Assembly: GCA_022821645.1 (NCBI GenBank)
Contig: JAJEDE010000022.1
Span: 74,794-138,793 of the forward strand
Origin: Chloroflexota bacterium
GTDB lineage: Bacteria; Chloroflexota; UBA11872
Direction of reading: 5' to 3'
DNA length: 64,000 bases
Translations under genes and position numbers: made by a program
Part shown: positions 1 to 8,268 of the stretch, piece by piece
Layout of the letters: each line of letters begins with the position of its first letter
Position numbering within the stretch: the first letter of the stretch is position 1
Notes under the pieces: generated by a model
Told to the model about the DNA's origin: nothing
What the model saw: only the letters and a program-made list of their open reading frames with translations
The model's database searches: none

Positions 1-1254
1 ACCGAGCGCGGCGTTGGCGGTCTCGACCTTGTCGGCGACCAGGCAGACCAGGTCGCCTTGCTCGGCGCCGGCCGCGCCGGCCAGGGCGCGCAAGCCGTCG
101 TCGCCGAAGAAGCGGGCCAGGGGCGAACGGAGGGTGCCGTCGCTGTTTAGGGCCACGGTGGCGAGGCCGGCGGCGCCGTGGGCCTTGACCACGTCTTGCA
201 GCCGGTCGACTTCGCGGCGGGTGAAGGCAGCTGAGCCCGGAGCGACGACAGCCTTGATGACGCCGCCGGAATCGACGACCTGGTCGAAGACGCGGAAGCC
301 GTGACCGGTGGCGGCGTCGCTGACGTCCACCAGTTCCAGGCCAAAGCGAAGGTCGGCCTTGTCGGTGCCGTAGCGGTCCATGGCGTCGGCGTAGGTGATG
401 CGGGGGAAGGGTTCCTGCAAGAGGCGCTTGTCGGAGAGTTCGCGGGCCAGACGGAGGTAGAGCGTTTCGATGAGTTCCAGGATGTCCTCGCGCTCGACGA
501 AGGCCATCTCGATGTCGAGCTGGGTGAACTCTGCGGTGCGGTCGGCGCGCAGGTCTTCGTCGCGGTAGCAGCGGGCGAGCTGGAAGTAGCGGTCCAGCCC
601 GGCGACCATCAGCAACTGCTTGAGCTGCTGGGGCGACTGCGGGAGGGCGTAGGCCTGGCCGGGGTAGTGGCGGCTGGGCACGATGAAGTCGCGGGCGCCC
701 TCGGGCGTGCTCTTGACCAGGGTGGGGGTTTCCAGTTCCAGGAAGTCGCGCTCCCAGAGGAACTCGCGCATGACGCGGGTGATGTTGAAGCGGAGTTCGG
801 TGAGTTCGCGCATGCGCTGGCGCCGGAGGTCCAGGTAGCGGTGGGTGAGGCGGACCGACTCGTCGATGCCGCGGTCGGAGGTGATTTCGAATGGTGGGGG
901 CTGGGAGGCGGCGAGGATTTCGACGCGTTGGACATCGCCGACTTCGATTTCGCCGGTGGCCAGGTCGGGGTTGGTGGTGCCGGCGGGGCGTTCGCGGACC
1001 TGACCGGTGACGGCAAGGACGTATTCGGAGCGGGCGCGCGAGGCGGCCTCGTGGGCTTCGGCGTTGTCGTCACGGTTGATGACGACCTGGGTGATGCCGT
1101 AGCGATCGCGGAGGTCGATGAAGATCAGGCCGCCCTGATCACGGCGGCGGTTCACCCAGCCGTTGAGGACGACGGTGGAGCCGGCGTCGTCGCGCCGCAG
1201 CGCACCGCAGGTATGGGTACGACGTGACCAGGTGGATGCGGGTACGGCTGACAT
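1..1254 (-). CDS. aspS: aspartate--tRNA ligase, N-terminal 418 codons (gene continues past the left window edge)
   Basis: Absent from the ORF track because it has no stop inside the window. Hand translation of the minus strand from ATG 1254..1252 gives MSAVPASTWSRRTHTCGALRRDDAGSTVVLNGWVNRRRDQGGLIFIDLRDRYGITQVV..., the classic AspRS anticodon-binding N-terminus. No ORF boundary is listed in that frame down to position 1. The + ORF 301..1227 is its antisense shadow. Confidence 0.85.
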   Translation of the reverse strand, partial: MSAVPASTWSRRTHTCGALRRDDAGSTVVLNGWVNRRRDQGGLIFIDLRDRYGITQVVINRDDNAEAHEAASRARSEYVLAVTGQVRERPAGTTNPDLATGEIEVGDVQRVEILAASQPPPFEITSDRGIDESVRLTHRYLDLRRQRMRELTELRFNITRVMREFLWERDFLELETPTLVKSTPEGARDFIVPSRHYPGQAYALPQSPQQLKQLLMVAGLDRYFQLARCYRDEDLRADRTAEFTQLDIEMAFVEREDILELIETLYLRLARELSDKRLLQEPFPRITYADAMDRYGTDKADLRFGLELVDVSDAATGHGFRVFDQVVDSGGVIKAVVAPGSAAFTRREVDRLQDVVKAHGAAGLATVALNSDGTLRSPLARFFGDDGLRALAGAAGAEQGDLVCLVADKVETANAALG

Positions 1255-1323
1255 AGGGACCTCCGAGGTGACGAATGCGAGTGGCGCTGGCAAAAGTGGG
1301 GAGATGCGGCCGCGGGGGTGCGG

Positions 1324-1950
1324 CTAGGTATTCAGCGAGGTTGCGATCCGCTCGGCTTGGGCGCGCCAGAACTCGACCTGACGCGCGCGCGGGGCGCCTT
1401 TCAACTCCGCAGCCTCCTTGGTTTCCAGCTGCTCGAGCTCGGAGTGCCGGCCGGTCATGAGCAGGCCCAGCTTGGTGAGGGCGTAGGCGTAGTCGGGGTG
1501 AAACTGGAGCATGTAGGCAAGGATGGAGCCGGACGTGCGTTCCATGCGGGCGACGGCGGCGGAATCCGAGAGCAGCCGGGCCAGGTTGGAGAGGGGGCGC
1601 TTCCAACCGCCTCCGATGCGGATTTCGACTTCCATCGGGTCCAGCCCCTGGTTGGCAGCCATTTGGGCCCAGCGCTGCGCCAGCGTCTCAAGGTCGAGTC
1701 CTTCGATGGGCGGGGGGTGTTCAAGGGCCCGCGCCACGGCGGTCCAGTCAATCTGGACCTCAGGATACAGAACCTGGCATTCCTCCCGGACCTGCCGGGT
1801 GACGTGCGGATTGTTGCCGAGGTAGGCGAGGTAGCGTCGCCGGGGTTCGTCCTCGGTAGGTTCCGCGACAAGCCAAGCCGCCTGGACGCGGCGGACGCTG
1901 CCGTCAGGATTGCGCTGTTCCTCCGGGTGCCATCGCACCGACGCGGACAT
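1324..1950 (-). CDS. hypothetical protein (208 aa), no recognisable domain
   Basis: ORF with balanced amino-acid composition (MSASVRWHPEEQRNPDGS...). The overlapping + ORF 1318..1983 is G/V/L/R-rich, typical of an antisense shadow. It lies between infC and aspS on the same strand. Confidence 0.55.
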   Translation of the reverse strand: MSASVRWHPEEQRNPDGSVRRVQAAWLVAEPTEDEPRRRYLAYLGNNPHVTRQVREECQVLYPEVQIDWTAVARALEHPPPIEGLDLETLAQRWAQMAANQGLDPMEVEIRIGGGWKRPLSNLARLLSDSAAVARMERTSGSILAYMLQFHPDYAYALTKLGLLMTGRHSELEQLETKEAAELKGAPRARQVEFWRAQAERIATSLNT

Positions 1951-1979
1951 ACCGACTCCAGGCCGCGGGGTTGCTGCCG

Positions 1980-2543
1980 CTAGTTCTTGCCTTGCGGGGC
2001 CATGATGATGCTCAAGACGCGGCCATCCTGCTCGCGGGTGATGTCGCGCTCGATCACGCCGTAGGGTTCCAGGCTGGTCTTGACGCGTTCGAGCACGCGC
2101 AGGGCGACTTCGGGGTGGGCCAATTCGCGGCCGCGCATGCGGACCCAGGCTTTGACCTTGTTTCCCTGGCGCAGGAATTTTTCGAGCCGCTTGATCTTGA
2201 ACTGGATGTCGTGATCGCCGGTGCGGGGTCCGAAGCGGACTTCCTTGACGGTGCCGGCTTTCTGGCGCCGCTTGTTTTCGGCCTTCCGCCGATTCTGCTC
2301 GTAGCGGAACTTGCCGTAGTCAAGGATTTTAGCGACGGGGGGTTGGGAATCCGGCGCGATTTCGACGAGGTCAAGGCCCTGGTCGCGCGCCATCTCCAGC
2401 GCTAACGGGGTCGGAGTAATTCCAATCTGTTCGCCGTTCTCAGAAATCAGGCGGACTTGCCGAATGCGAATCTGTTCATTGATTCGCGGACCGCGTGCAC
2501 GCGGTCGATGGTCAGCACGGGGCAATGGTGAACGCAGGGGCAA
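1980..2543 (-). CDS. infC: translation initiation factor IF-3
   Basis: RINEQIRIRQVRLISENGEQIGI...LDLVEIAPDSQPPVAKILDYGKFRYEQ...KEVRFGPRTGDHDIQFK match the IF-3 N and C domains. The listed start at 2543 is a TTG. The true start is uncertain and may be a non-AUG codon closer to RINEQ, as is common for infC. Confidence 0.9.
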   Translation of the reverse strand: MPLRSPLPRADHRPRARGPRINEQIRIRQVRLISENGEQIGITPTPLALEMARDQGLDLVEIAPDSQPPVAKILDYGKFRYEQNRRKAENKRRQKAGTVKEVRFGPRTGDHDIQFKIKRLEKFLRQGNKVKAWVRMRGRELAHPEVALRVLERVKTSLEPYGVIERDITREQDGRVLSIIMAPQGKN

Positions 2544-2672
2544 CTCCCGAAACTGGCAGGCAACGAGCCTTACTCGTGTGTCACGCTAGCATAGGGGCAT
2601 GCACGCGACAATATCATTCAGTACAGCGGGCGGCACCCCGCCCCGACCTGATATCACCACTCGCTGGAACTC

Positions 2673-5093
2673 ATGGCGCTCGCCGTTGATCTAGGGTCGG
2701 CCGCCCTTCGCGGGGGTGTCACACGGCAAGACAGTCCCCGGATCCACACGCATCGCGAGCCCGTAGGGCGCCAGGGTCTTGGTGACCTGTATGTCCTGAT
2801 CCAAGGCGGTGACGACAGCCAGGCCGCCTCATTTGGACAGGCCGTCGCTTCGAGCTACTACTCGGACGAGTCGGAGGGGATCGCGGGCGGCCTGGTGCAA
2901 GGCGTGCGTCTGGCAGCGCAGCGGACGGCGATCGACGTGGAACTCACGGATCCGGGCCAGAGTTTCGGAGCTACAGGCGCCGTCCACGCCGGCGACCAGA
3001 TCTACCTGGCGCAGATGTTGCCGAGCCAGGTCTTTGTCCTGCGCGACGGCATCCTCAATGCGCTGCCGGACGAGTCGCCGCCTGCGGGCATGGGCGATCC
3101 GGTTCCCGAGCAGGACGTGGAGATCTTCCGCGTGGAGTTGGACCCTGGCGACGTGGTGGTGCTGGCGTCCACGGATGTGCGACGGGCCCTGACCGAGCGT
3201 GAGATCCAGGGGCTGCTGCAGGGCCGGAGCGCCCAGCGCGCCGCCCACGACCTTTGTTCATTGGTCGCACAGCGTGGGGGCGCGCATTGCGACATCCTGG
3301 TGCTTCGCGTCAGCGTGGAAGCGTCCGCGCCGGTCACGGCGCCAGCGGCCGACGATCACTGGATGTCGACAGCTTCAGGTTCCGCGGTGTCCACGAACGG
3401 CCGGGCCAGTCACCCACGAGACCAGGCAGCGGATGCACCCGCGGCTGATCGCTTCGGTTACGCGGGCGGGGGCCTGGCCGCGGAGCCGCCGCCGCGTTCC
3501 ACGATCCAGCGGCTTGTCAGTCTTCCGTTTACCTTGGCCCTGATGATCCTGGTCCTGCCGGTGGTGGCGGTGCGCGGGCTGGTGCGGATGGTGACGGGTC
3601 GCTCGGATCCCGAGCCGCCGCCCATGCGGCCGCCTCCGCCGACAGCGGCCGCGGCCCCTGCGGCGGCGGACGTTGCGGATGACGATTGGTCGAGCATCCA
3701 CTCGCTGCGCGCGTCCGGACCTCGCGGTACTGAGAGTGCGAGCGCGGGATCGCCGCAATCGGCGCCGGCCCTGAGCGCCGTTGGCCAACCGTTGCAGGGC
3801 GGCCAAGATCCCTTCCGATATCGGCCGCGGCGCTCATTGCCGGGTCCCGGAACGCTGTTGTTCGGGATCTCGCTTGTGCTCCTGATCGTGATGGCCGCGG
3901 TGTTGGTATTGCGAAACAGCGAATCGACGCCCAGTTCGCCGGACGCCGGCTCGCCGGACAGCGCGGCGGGGGGACAGGTTGGAGACGCCGTGGAAACCGC
4001 GCAGTCACCGGCGGTGGGCCCAGAGCGCGCCACCGAGCTGTTTGCCGACGCCGAGGCCCTCTACCGCGAAGCGCGGGACCGCCCGCCCGACGAAAATCGC
4101 TCGGCCACGCTGCTGATTCTTCGCGACGCCAAGGACCTGGCGAATGAGGCGCTGACCGCCGACCTGGACCGCACGCTGGCGCCCGATATCAACCGACTGC
4201 TCAGTGAGATTGGCCGTGAAGAAGATCGCCTGAACCGCGTGCGAACGGTGGTTACCAGCGCCACCATCGGCGACTTTGACAGCGCCGGCGTGGGCAGCGC
4301 GGCGGAGCAGATGGACGTTCGCGTCGACGCCAAGTACGTCATCGATGCCACGACCGGTCGCGTCGTGTCCTTCGAGACGGCCCGCCAGGGCGCCACCGTG
4401 CTCCGGAAAGGCGACGTGGTCAGCAGTATCACGGTTCAGGATCCGCTGGCGGTGGTGAACCGGGCTCTGAGCGTGCTGGTACTGGACAGTCGCTACAACC
4501 TGGTAAGTCTTCAGCCGGATCAGAATCCACGGCTGTTGCGAATCACCGGAACAGAGACGTGGCGGACGCCGGTGGCTTTTGACAACTACAACAACAATTT
4601 CTACGTCCTGGATCCGGGCGCCAATGAGATCCATAAGTACCAGGCCACCGCCGGTGGCTACGAGGTTGCGCCAAGCTCGTACGTATCGACGAGCGCGGAC
4701 GTTGACCTGAGCAGCGCGATCGACATGGCCATCGACGGCGACATCTTCGTGTTGATGTCGGACGGGACCGTCTTGCGACTCCGCGGCGGGCAGCGTGAAG
4801 CGTTTGAGATCAGCGGCCTCGACGGCACCTCGCTAAAGGCCACGCGCATTTTCACGGAGGTCGATACCAACAGCCTTTACCTGATTGATTCAGCCAACAA
4901 ACGGATCGTGGAGATCGACAAGCGGGAAGAATCGGCGGGCGAGTTCGTGCGACAGTTCAAGTACGCCGGATCGGACGATTTCTTCGCGGACATCCGGTCG
5001 ATCTGGGTGAGCGAGATCGACGGGAAGCTGATCGTGCTGGGCCGGGACTCGGTTCGGCAGTTTGTGTTGCCGACGATTCAGGACGAGGGCTAG
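2673..5093 (+). CDS. membrane protein: degenerate PP2C-like N-terminal domain, Pro/Ala-rich linker, two hydrophobic helices, C-terminal beta-propeller-like repeats
   Basis: The N-terminus resembles the PP2C fold (GATGAVHAGDQIYLAQMLPSQVFVLRDG...DPGDVVVLASTDV...CDILVLRV), but the usual GDS metal-binding motif is not conserved. Hydrophobic segments are LVSLPFTLALMILVLPVVAV and LLFGISLVLLIVMAAVLVL. The C-terminus has repeated blade-like units (NNFYVLDPGANEIHKY, GDIFVLMSDGTVLRL, NSLYLIDSANKRIVEI, GKLIVLGRDSVRQF). Confidence 0.65.
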   Translation: MALAVDLGSAALRGGVTRQDSPRIHTHREPVGRQGLGDLYVLIQGGDDSQAASFGQAVASSYYSDESEGIAGGLVQGVRLAAQRTAIDVELTDPGQSFGATGAVHAGDQIYLAQMLPSQVFVLRDGILNALPDESPPAGMGDPVPEQDVEIFRVELDPGDVVVLASTDVRRALTEREIQGLLQGRSAQRAAHDLCSLVAQRGGAHCDILVLRVSVEASAPVTAPAADDHWMSTASGSAVSTNGRASHPRDQAADAPAADRFGYAGGGLAAEPPPRSTIQRLVSLPFTLALMILVLPVVAVRGLVRMVTGRSDPEPPPMRPPPPTAAAAPAAADVADDDWSSIHSLRASGPRGTESASAGSPQSAPALSAVGQPLQGGQDPFRYRPRRSLPGPGTLLFGISLVLLIVMAAVLVLRNSESTPSSPDAGSPDSAAGGQVGDAVETAQSPAVGPERATELFADAEALYREARDRPPDENRSATLLILRDAKDLANEALTADLDRTLAPDINRLLSEIGREEDRLNRVRTVVTSATIGDFDSAGVGSAAEQMDVRVDAKYVIDATTGRVVSFETARQGATVLRKGDVVSSITVQDPLAVVNRALSVLVLDSRYNLVSLQPDQNPRLLRITGTETWRTPVAFDNYNNNFYVLDPGANEIHKYQATAGGYEVAPSSYVSTSADVDLSSAIDMAIDGDIFVLMSDGTVLRLRGGQREAFEISGLDGTSLKATRIFTEVDTNSLYLIDSANKRIVEIDKREESAGEFVRQFKYAGSDDFFADIRSIWVSEIDGKLIVLGRDSVRQFVLPTIQDEG

Positions 5094-5224
5094 ATCCCGC
5101 TCCCGGCCACTCGATCAAACGAGTCGACGCGGCCGGTCACGAGCGTGCGCTTATGGGCAGCCAGGCTGCATGGATGCCCGAAGTCGGGCGCGAACCGTCA
5201 TAAACGCCGTAGCCGCTGTTGGGT

Positions 5225-5298
5225 TGGAGCGGGGAACGGGAATCGAACCCGCGTTTTAGGCTTGGGAAGCCCATGTTGTACCACTCAACTATCCCCGC
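5225..5298 (-). tRNA. tRNA-Gly (anticodon CCC), 74 nt with encoded CCA
   Basis: The reverse complement reads GCGGGGA-TA-GTTG-AGTGGTA-CAAC-A-TGGGC-TTCCCAA-GCCTA-AAAC-GCGGG-TTCGATT-CCCGT-TCCCCGC-T-CCA. This folds as a full cloverleaf with a 7-bp acceptor stem, a TTCGATT T-loop and anticodon CCC. Confidence 0.9.
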
Positions 5299-5455
5299 CG
5301 ACCGCCGGCTCGCGCGGCGCCACTAATGTGACGCTGCCGGCGCAAGCCGTCAATTTGCCGGTGCGAGCGGAATACCGTTCGACACCGGTCGGCTATATTG
5401 CCGCACCTTCTCCAAGCGGCACACCCGGGCCGCGCCGCCCCGCCTGAGAGCCGGC

Positions 5456-6403
5456 ATGCAAGACATTCGCACGGTTGCGAACCGGATCATCGACAACGTG
5501 GCCACGGTCATCGTGGGCAAGCGCGATGCCATCGAGCTTGTGGCGGTGGCGATGCTTGCGGACGGGCACATCCTGATCGAGGACGTGCCGGGCGTGGGCA
5601 AAACCACGCTGGCCAAGGCCATCGCGCGCTCGGTCGGGCTGATATTCAAGCGCGTCCAGTTCACGCCGGACCTGCTGCCGAGCGACGTGACCGGGGTGAC
5701 GATATTCAACCAGAAGACGCGAGAGTTCGAGTTTCGCGAAGGGCCGGTGATGGCCCAGATCGTCCTGGCGGACGAAGTCAACCGCGCCACGCCCAAGACC
5801 CAATCGGCGCTGCTGGAGGCGATGGAGGAACGCCAGATCACGGTTGACGGCGAGACGTACGCGCTGCCGGAGCCGTTCCTGGTGCTGGCAACCCAGAACC
5901 CAATCGAATACGAAGGCACATTTCCCCTGCCGGAGGCACAGCTGGACCGCTTTCTGATGCGGGTCAACCTTGGCTATCCCGACCGTGTGGACGAGTTGCA
6001 GGTGCTGGCGGCGCAACAGCGCGAACGGCCTATCGACGACATTCAGCAGGTTGTGACGCTGGAGGAAGTGTTCGCCGCGCAAGAAGCGGTGAAAGACGTG
6101 TATGTGGACCCGCTGGTGTCGAACTACATCGTGGACATCAGCCGCGCGACGCGTGAGCACAACGACGTGTACCTGGGCGCGAGTCCGCGCGGCAGCCTGG
6201 GCCTGTTTCGCGCCGGACAAGCGCTGGCCGCCGTCGCCGGACGCGACTACGTGGTTCCGGACGACGTGAAGCGGCTGGCGGAGGCGGTGCTGTCGCACCG
6301 GGTGATTGTGAGCCCGGCCGCGCGCATTCGCAGCGTGGACACGCGCGCGATCGTGGCGGGCATCCTCGACTTCGTTCCGGTGCCGGGCGCGTCAGCCGCC
6401 TGA
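5456..6403 (+). CDS. MoxR-family AAA+ ATPase (copy 1)
   Basis: Walker A is [12 protein letters not shown] and Walker B is [23 protein letters not shown]. The MoxR signature [23 protein letters not shown] is present. Confidence 0.9.
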   Translation: MQDIRTVANRIIDNVATVIVGKRDAIELVAVAMLADGHILIEDVPGVGKTTLAKAIARSVGLIFKRVQFTPDLLPSDVTGVTIFNQKTREFEFREGPVMAQIVLADEVNRATPKTQSALLEAMEERQITVDGETYALPEPFLVLATQNPIEYEGTFPLPEAQLDRFLMRVNLGYPDRVDELQVLAAQQRERPIDDIQQVVTLEEVFAAQEAVKDVYVDPLVSNYIVDISRATREHNDVYLGASPRGSLGLFRAGQALAAVAGRDYVVPDDVKRLAEAVLSHRVIVSPAARIRSVDTRAIVAGILDFVPVPGASAA

Positions 6404-6406
6404 CCG

Positions 6407-7018
6407 ATGACGGGCGAGATCCAGGAGATCGCCCTGGTCGCCCGCCGTATCGAGTCGTGGGACTGGTGTGGCGTGGCAGCCACCGAGGTTGGCCTGGTAA
6501 GCGCCACGCTGGCGCATTCCTCCGAGGCAGCGTGCGTGGACGAGTTGCGCGCGGGGTCGACAGCGGCGCGTCACCGCTCGCGGGGCGCGCAGCGGTTGCA
6601 TACGCGCCGCCTGGCCGAGCCTTCGGTTGCCGCCGCCGGCTGGAGCGCGCCCCAGATCGCCGGCAACGGGCTGGAGCAGCTGTGGGAATACCTGATGACC
6701 GGCCGGCAGCGCCTGGATGTCCCGCTGGACCGACGCGCCGGCACCGGGTTTCAGCAGCGGACCTGGGGCATTTTGCGGGAGATACCGTTTGGGGAGGTCC
6801 AGAGCTATCGCTGGGTTGCCGGGGAACTCGCGCAGCCGCGGGCTACGCGGGCCGTGGGCACGGCGATTGGCGCCAACAACCTCCTGGTGTTCATTCCGTG
6901 CCACCGCGTCGTGGCCGCTCGCGGGCTGGGGGGATATTCGCGGGGGCTGGACGTGAAGCGGCGGTTGCTGGCCCACGAGCGCTCGTGGCCGCGGACGGCG
7001 CCGCTGTTCGCGGGTTGA
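6407..7018 (+). CDS. ogt: methylated-DNA--protein-cysteine methyltransferase
   Basis: The active-site motif IPCHRVV is preceded by FGEVQSYRWVAGELAQPRATRAVGTAIGANN. The gene starts 4 nt after the MoxR stop. Confidence 0.85.
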   Translation: MTGEIQEIALVARRIESWDWCGVAATEVGLVSATLAHSSEAACVDELRAGSTAARHRSRGAQRLHTRRLAEPSVAAAGWSAPQIAGNGLEQLWEYLMTGRQRLDVPLDRRAGTGFQQRTWGILREIPFGEVQSYRWVAGELAQPRATRAVGTAIGANNLLVFIPCHRVVAARGLGGYSRGLDVKRRLLAHERSWPRTAPLFAG

Positions 7019-7051
7019 AGCCCGGGATTCCGTCCGCCGACTGAATGACGG

Positions 7052-7906
7052 CTAGGACAGTTCGGAAGCGTCCAGGCCGATATCGACGGCGCGGGCCGAG
7101 TGGGTGAGCGAGCCGACGGAGATGTCGTGGACACCGGTTTCGGCGTAGGCGCGCACGTTGCCCAGGTTGACGAGGCCGCTAACTTCCAGGCGGGCGTTCC
7201 CCGCGGCTCGATTCACGGCCGTGCGGACCTGGGCCGGGGTCATGTTGTCGAGCAGGATGAACTCAGCGCCGGCGGCTAGCGCCTCGTCCAGCTGGTCGAG
7301 CGTGTCCACTTCGATCTGAACACGAACGCCGTTCCGGCCGGCCGTTTGCGCGGCGCGCAGGGCAAACGAAACGCCGCCGGCCGCGGCGATGTGGTTGTCC
7401 TTGATGAGGATGGCGTCGAAGAGACCGAAGCGGTGATTGACGCCGCCGCCCATGGCGACGGCGTACTTGTCCAGGGCGCGAAGGCCGGGGACGGTCTTGC
7501 GGGTGTCGAGGATGCAGGCGCCGGTTCCCGCAACCTGGTCGACGAATGTTCGGGTGAGCGTGGCGATGCCGCTGAGGCGCTGGAGGAAGTTGAGGGCGGT
7601 GCGTTCGCCGGTGAGGGCCAGGCGGGCGTTCGTGTCGATGTTGCCCGCGATTTCACCTAGCCGGAGGTGGGCGCCTTCCAGGACGGCGTCGTCGAGCGCC
7701 TCGGGGTCGCCGAGCTGGCGGTAGACCTCCTGAACGACCGGCATCCCGGCCAGCGTGAGCGGTTCGCGGGCGGTGAGGGCGGCGCGGAAGCGTGCGCGCT
7801 CCGGGACGACAGCCTGGCTGGTGAGATCGCCGGCGCCGATGTCTTCGGCAAGGGCGCGGGAAACCGCCTGGACGATGGCCTCTTGTGGCGGCGTGGCGGG
7901 CTTCAT
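7052..7906 (-). CDS. nadC: nicotinate-nucleotide pyrophosphorylase (quinolinate phosphoribosyltransferase)
   Basis: AEDIGAGDLTS..., ERTALNFLQRLSGIAT and ILDTRKTVPGLR...KYAV..GGG.NHRFGL are typical NadC motifs. I placed the start at the internal ATG 7906 (MKPATPP...), which overlaps the upstream ORF stop as ATGA. The longer 314-aa form in the track is probably an over-extension. Confidence 0.85.
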   Translation of the reverse strand: MKPATPPQEAIVQAVSRALAEDIGAGDLTSQAVVPERARFRAALTAREPLTLAGMPVVQEVYRQLGDPEALDDAVLEGAHLRLGEIAGNIDTNARLALTGERTALNFLQRLSGIATLTRTFVDQVAGTGACILDTRKTVPGLRALDKYAVAMGGGVNHRFGLFDAILIKDNHIAAAGGVSFALRAAQTAGRNGVRVQIEVDTLDQLDEALAAGAEFILLDNMTPAQVRTAVNRAAGNARLEVSGLVNLGNVRAYAETGVHDISVGSLTHSARAVDIGLDASELS

Positions 7907-8259
7907 GCGGAGCCGGTGACCCCGCGAAAGCGGATGCGCAGGTTGGCGTAGTCCACGTCGCAGGGCCAGGCGCCGTTGTAGCGGTAAAGCTGGCAACGCA
8001 GGACGCCCAGGTCATCGATGTGGACGCAGGCCTGAAAGCCCTCCGGGTAGGTCATGCTGATGTACTGGCCGCGGGCGCCGTCCGTCTGGGCGTTGATGTC
8101 GTAGTCGCCGTCGACGGGCGGTTCCACGTACCAGTCACCCTTTGGCAGGGTGACGGCGCCTGGCTGCAGAAACGCCTCCGGGTCGCTTGCTCGCGGCTTC
8201 ATGAGTGTCTGCTGAGAACCGTGGTCGTTCTCCCCGAAATCGTACCTGCCGGCAATCAT
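7903..8259 (-). CDS. hypothetical protein (118 aa, or shorter from the internal Met)
   Basis: ORF with a non-shadow-like composition (…DWYVEPPVDGDYDINAQTDGARGQYISMTYPEGFQACVHIDDLGVLRCQLYRYNGAWPCDVDY…). Its stop overlaps the nadC start (ATGA at 7903..7906). Confidence 0.45.
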   Translation of the reverse strand: MIAGRYDFGENDHGSQQTLMKPRASDPEAFLQPGAVTLPKGDWYVEPPVDGDYDINAQTDGARGQYISMTYPEGFQACVHIDDLGVLRCQLYRYNGAWPCDVDYANLRIRFRGVTGSA

Positions 8260-8268
8260 CGTTGACGT

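Noticed and set aside
301-1227. 308-aa + strand ORF (and 1318..1983 +, 221 aa)
   Set aside because: Their G/V/A/L/E-rich composition is typical of the antisense frame of high-GC genes. They lie exactly opposite aspS and the 208-aa minus-strand gene, which have real protein-like sequences.
5094-5455. Genomic island integrated at tRNA-Gly (and at tRNA-Lys, 47244..47526)
   Set aside because: There is no integrase next to either tRNA. I noticed no duplicated tRNA 3' end, and the flanking genes look like ordinary chromosomal genes.
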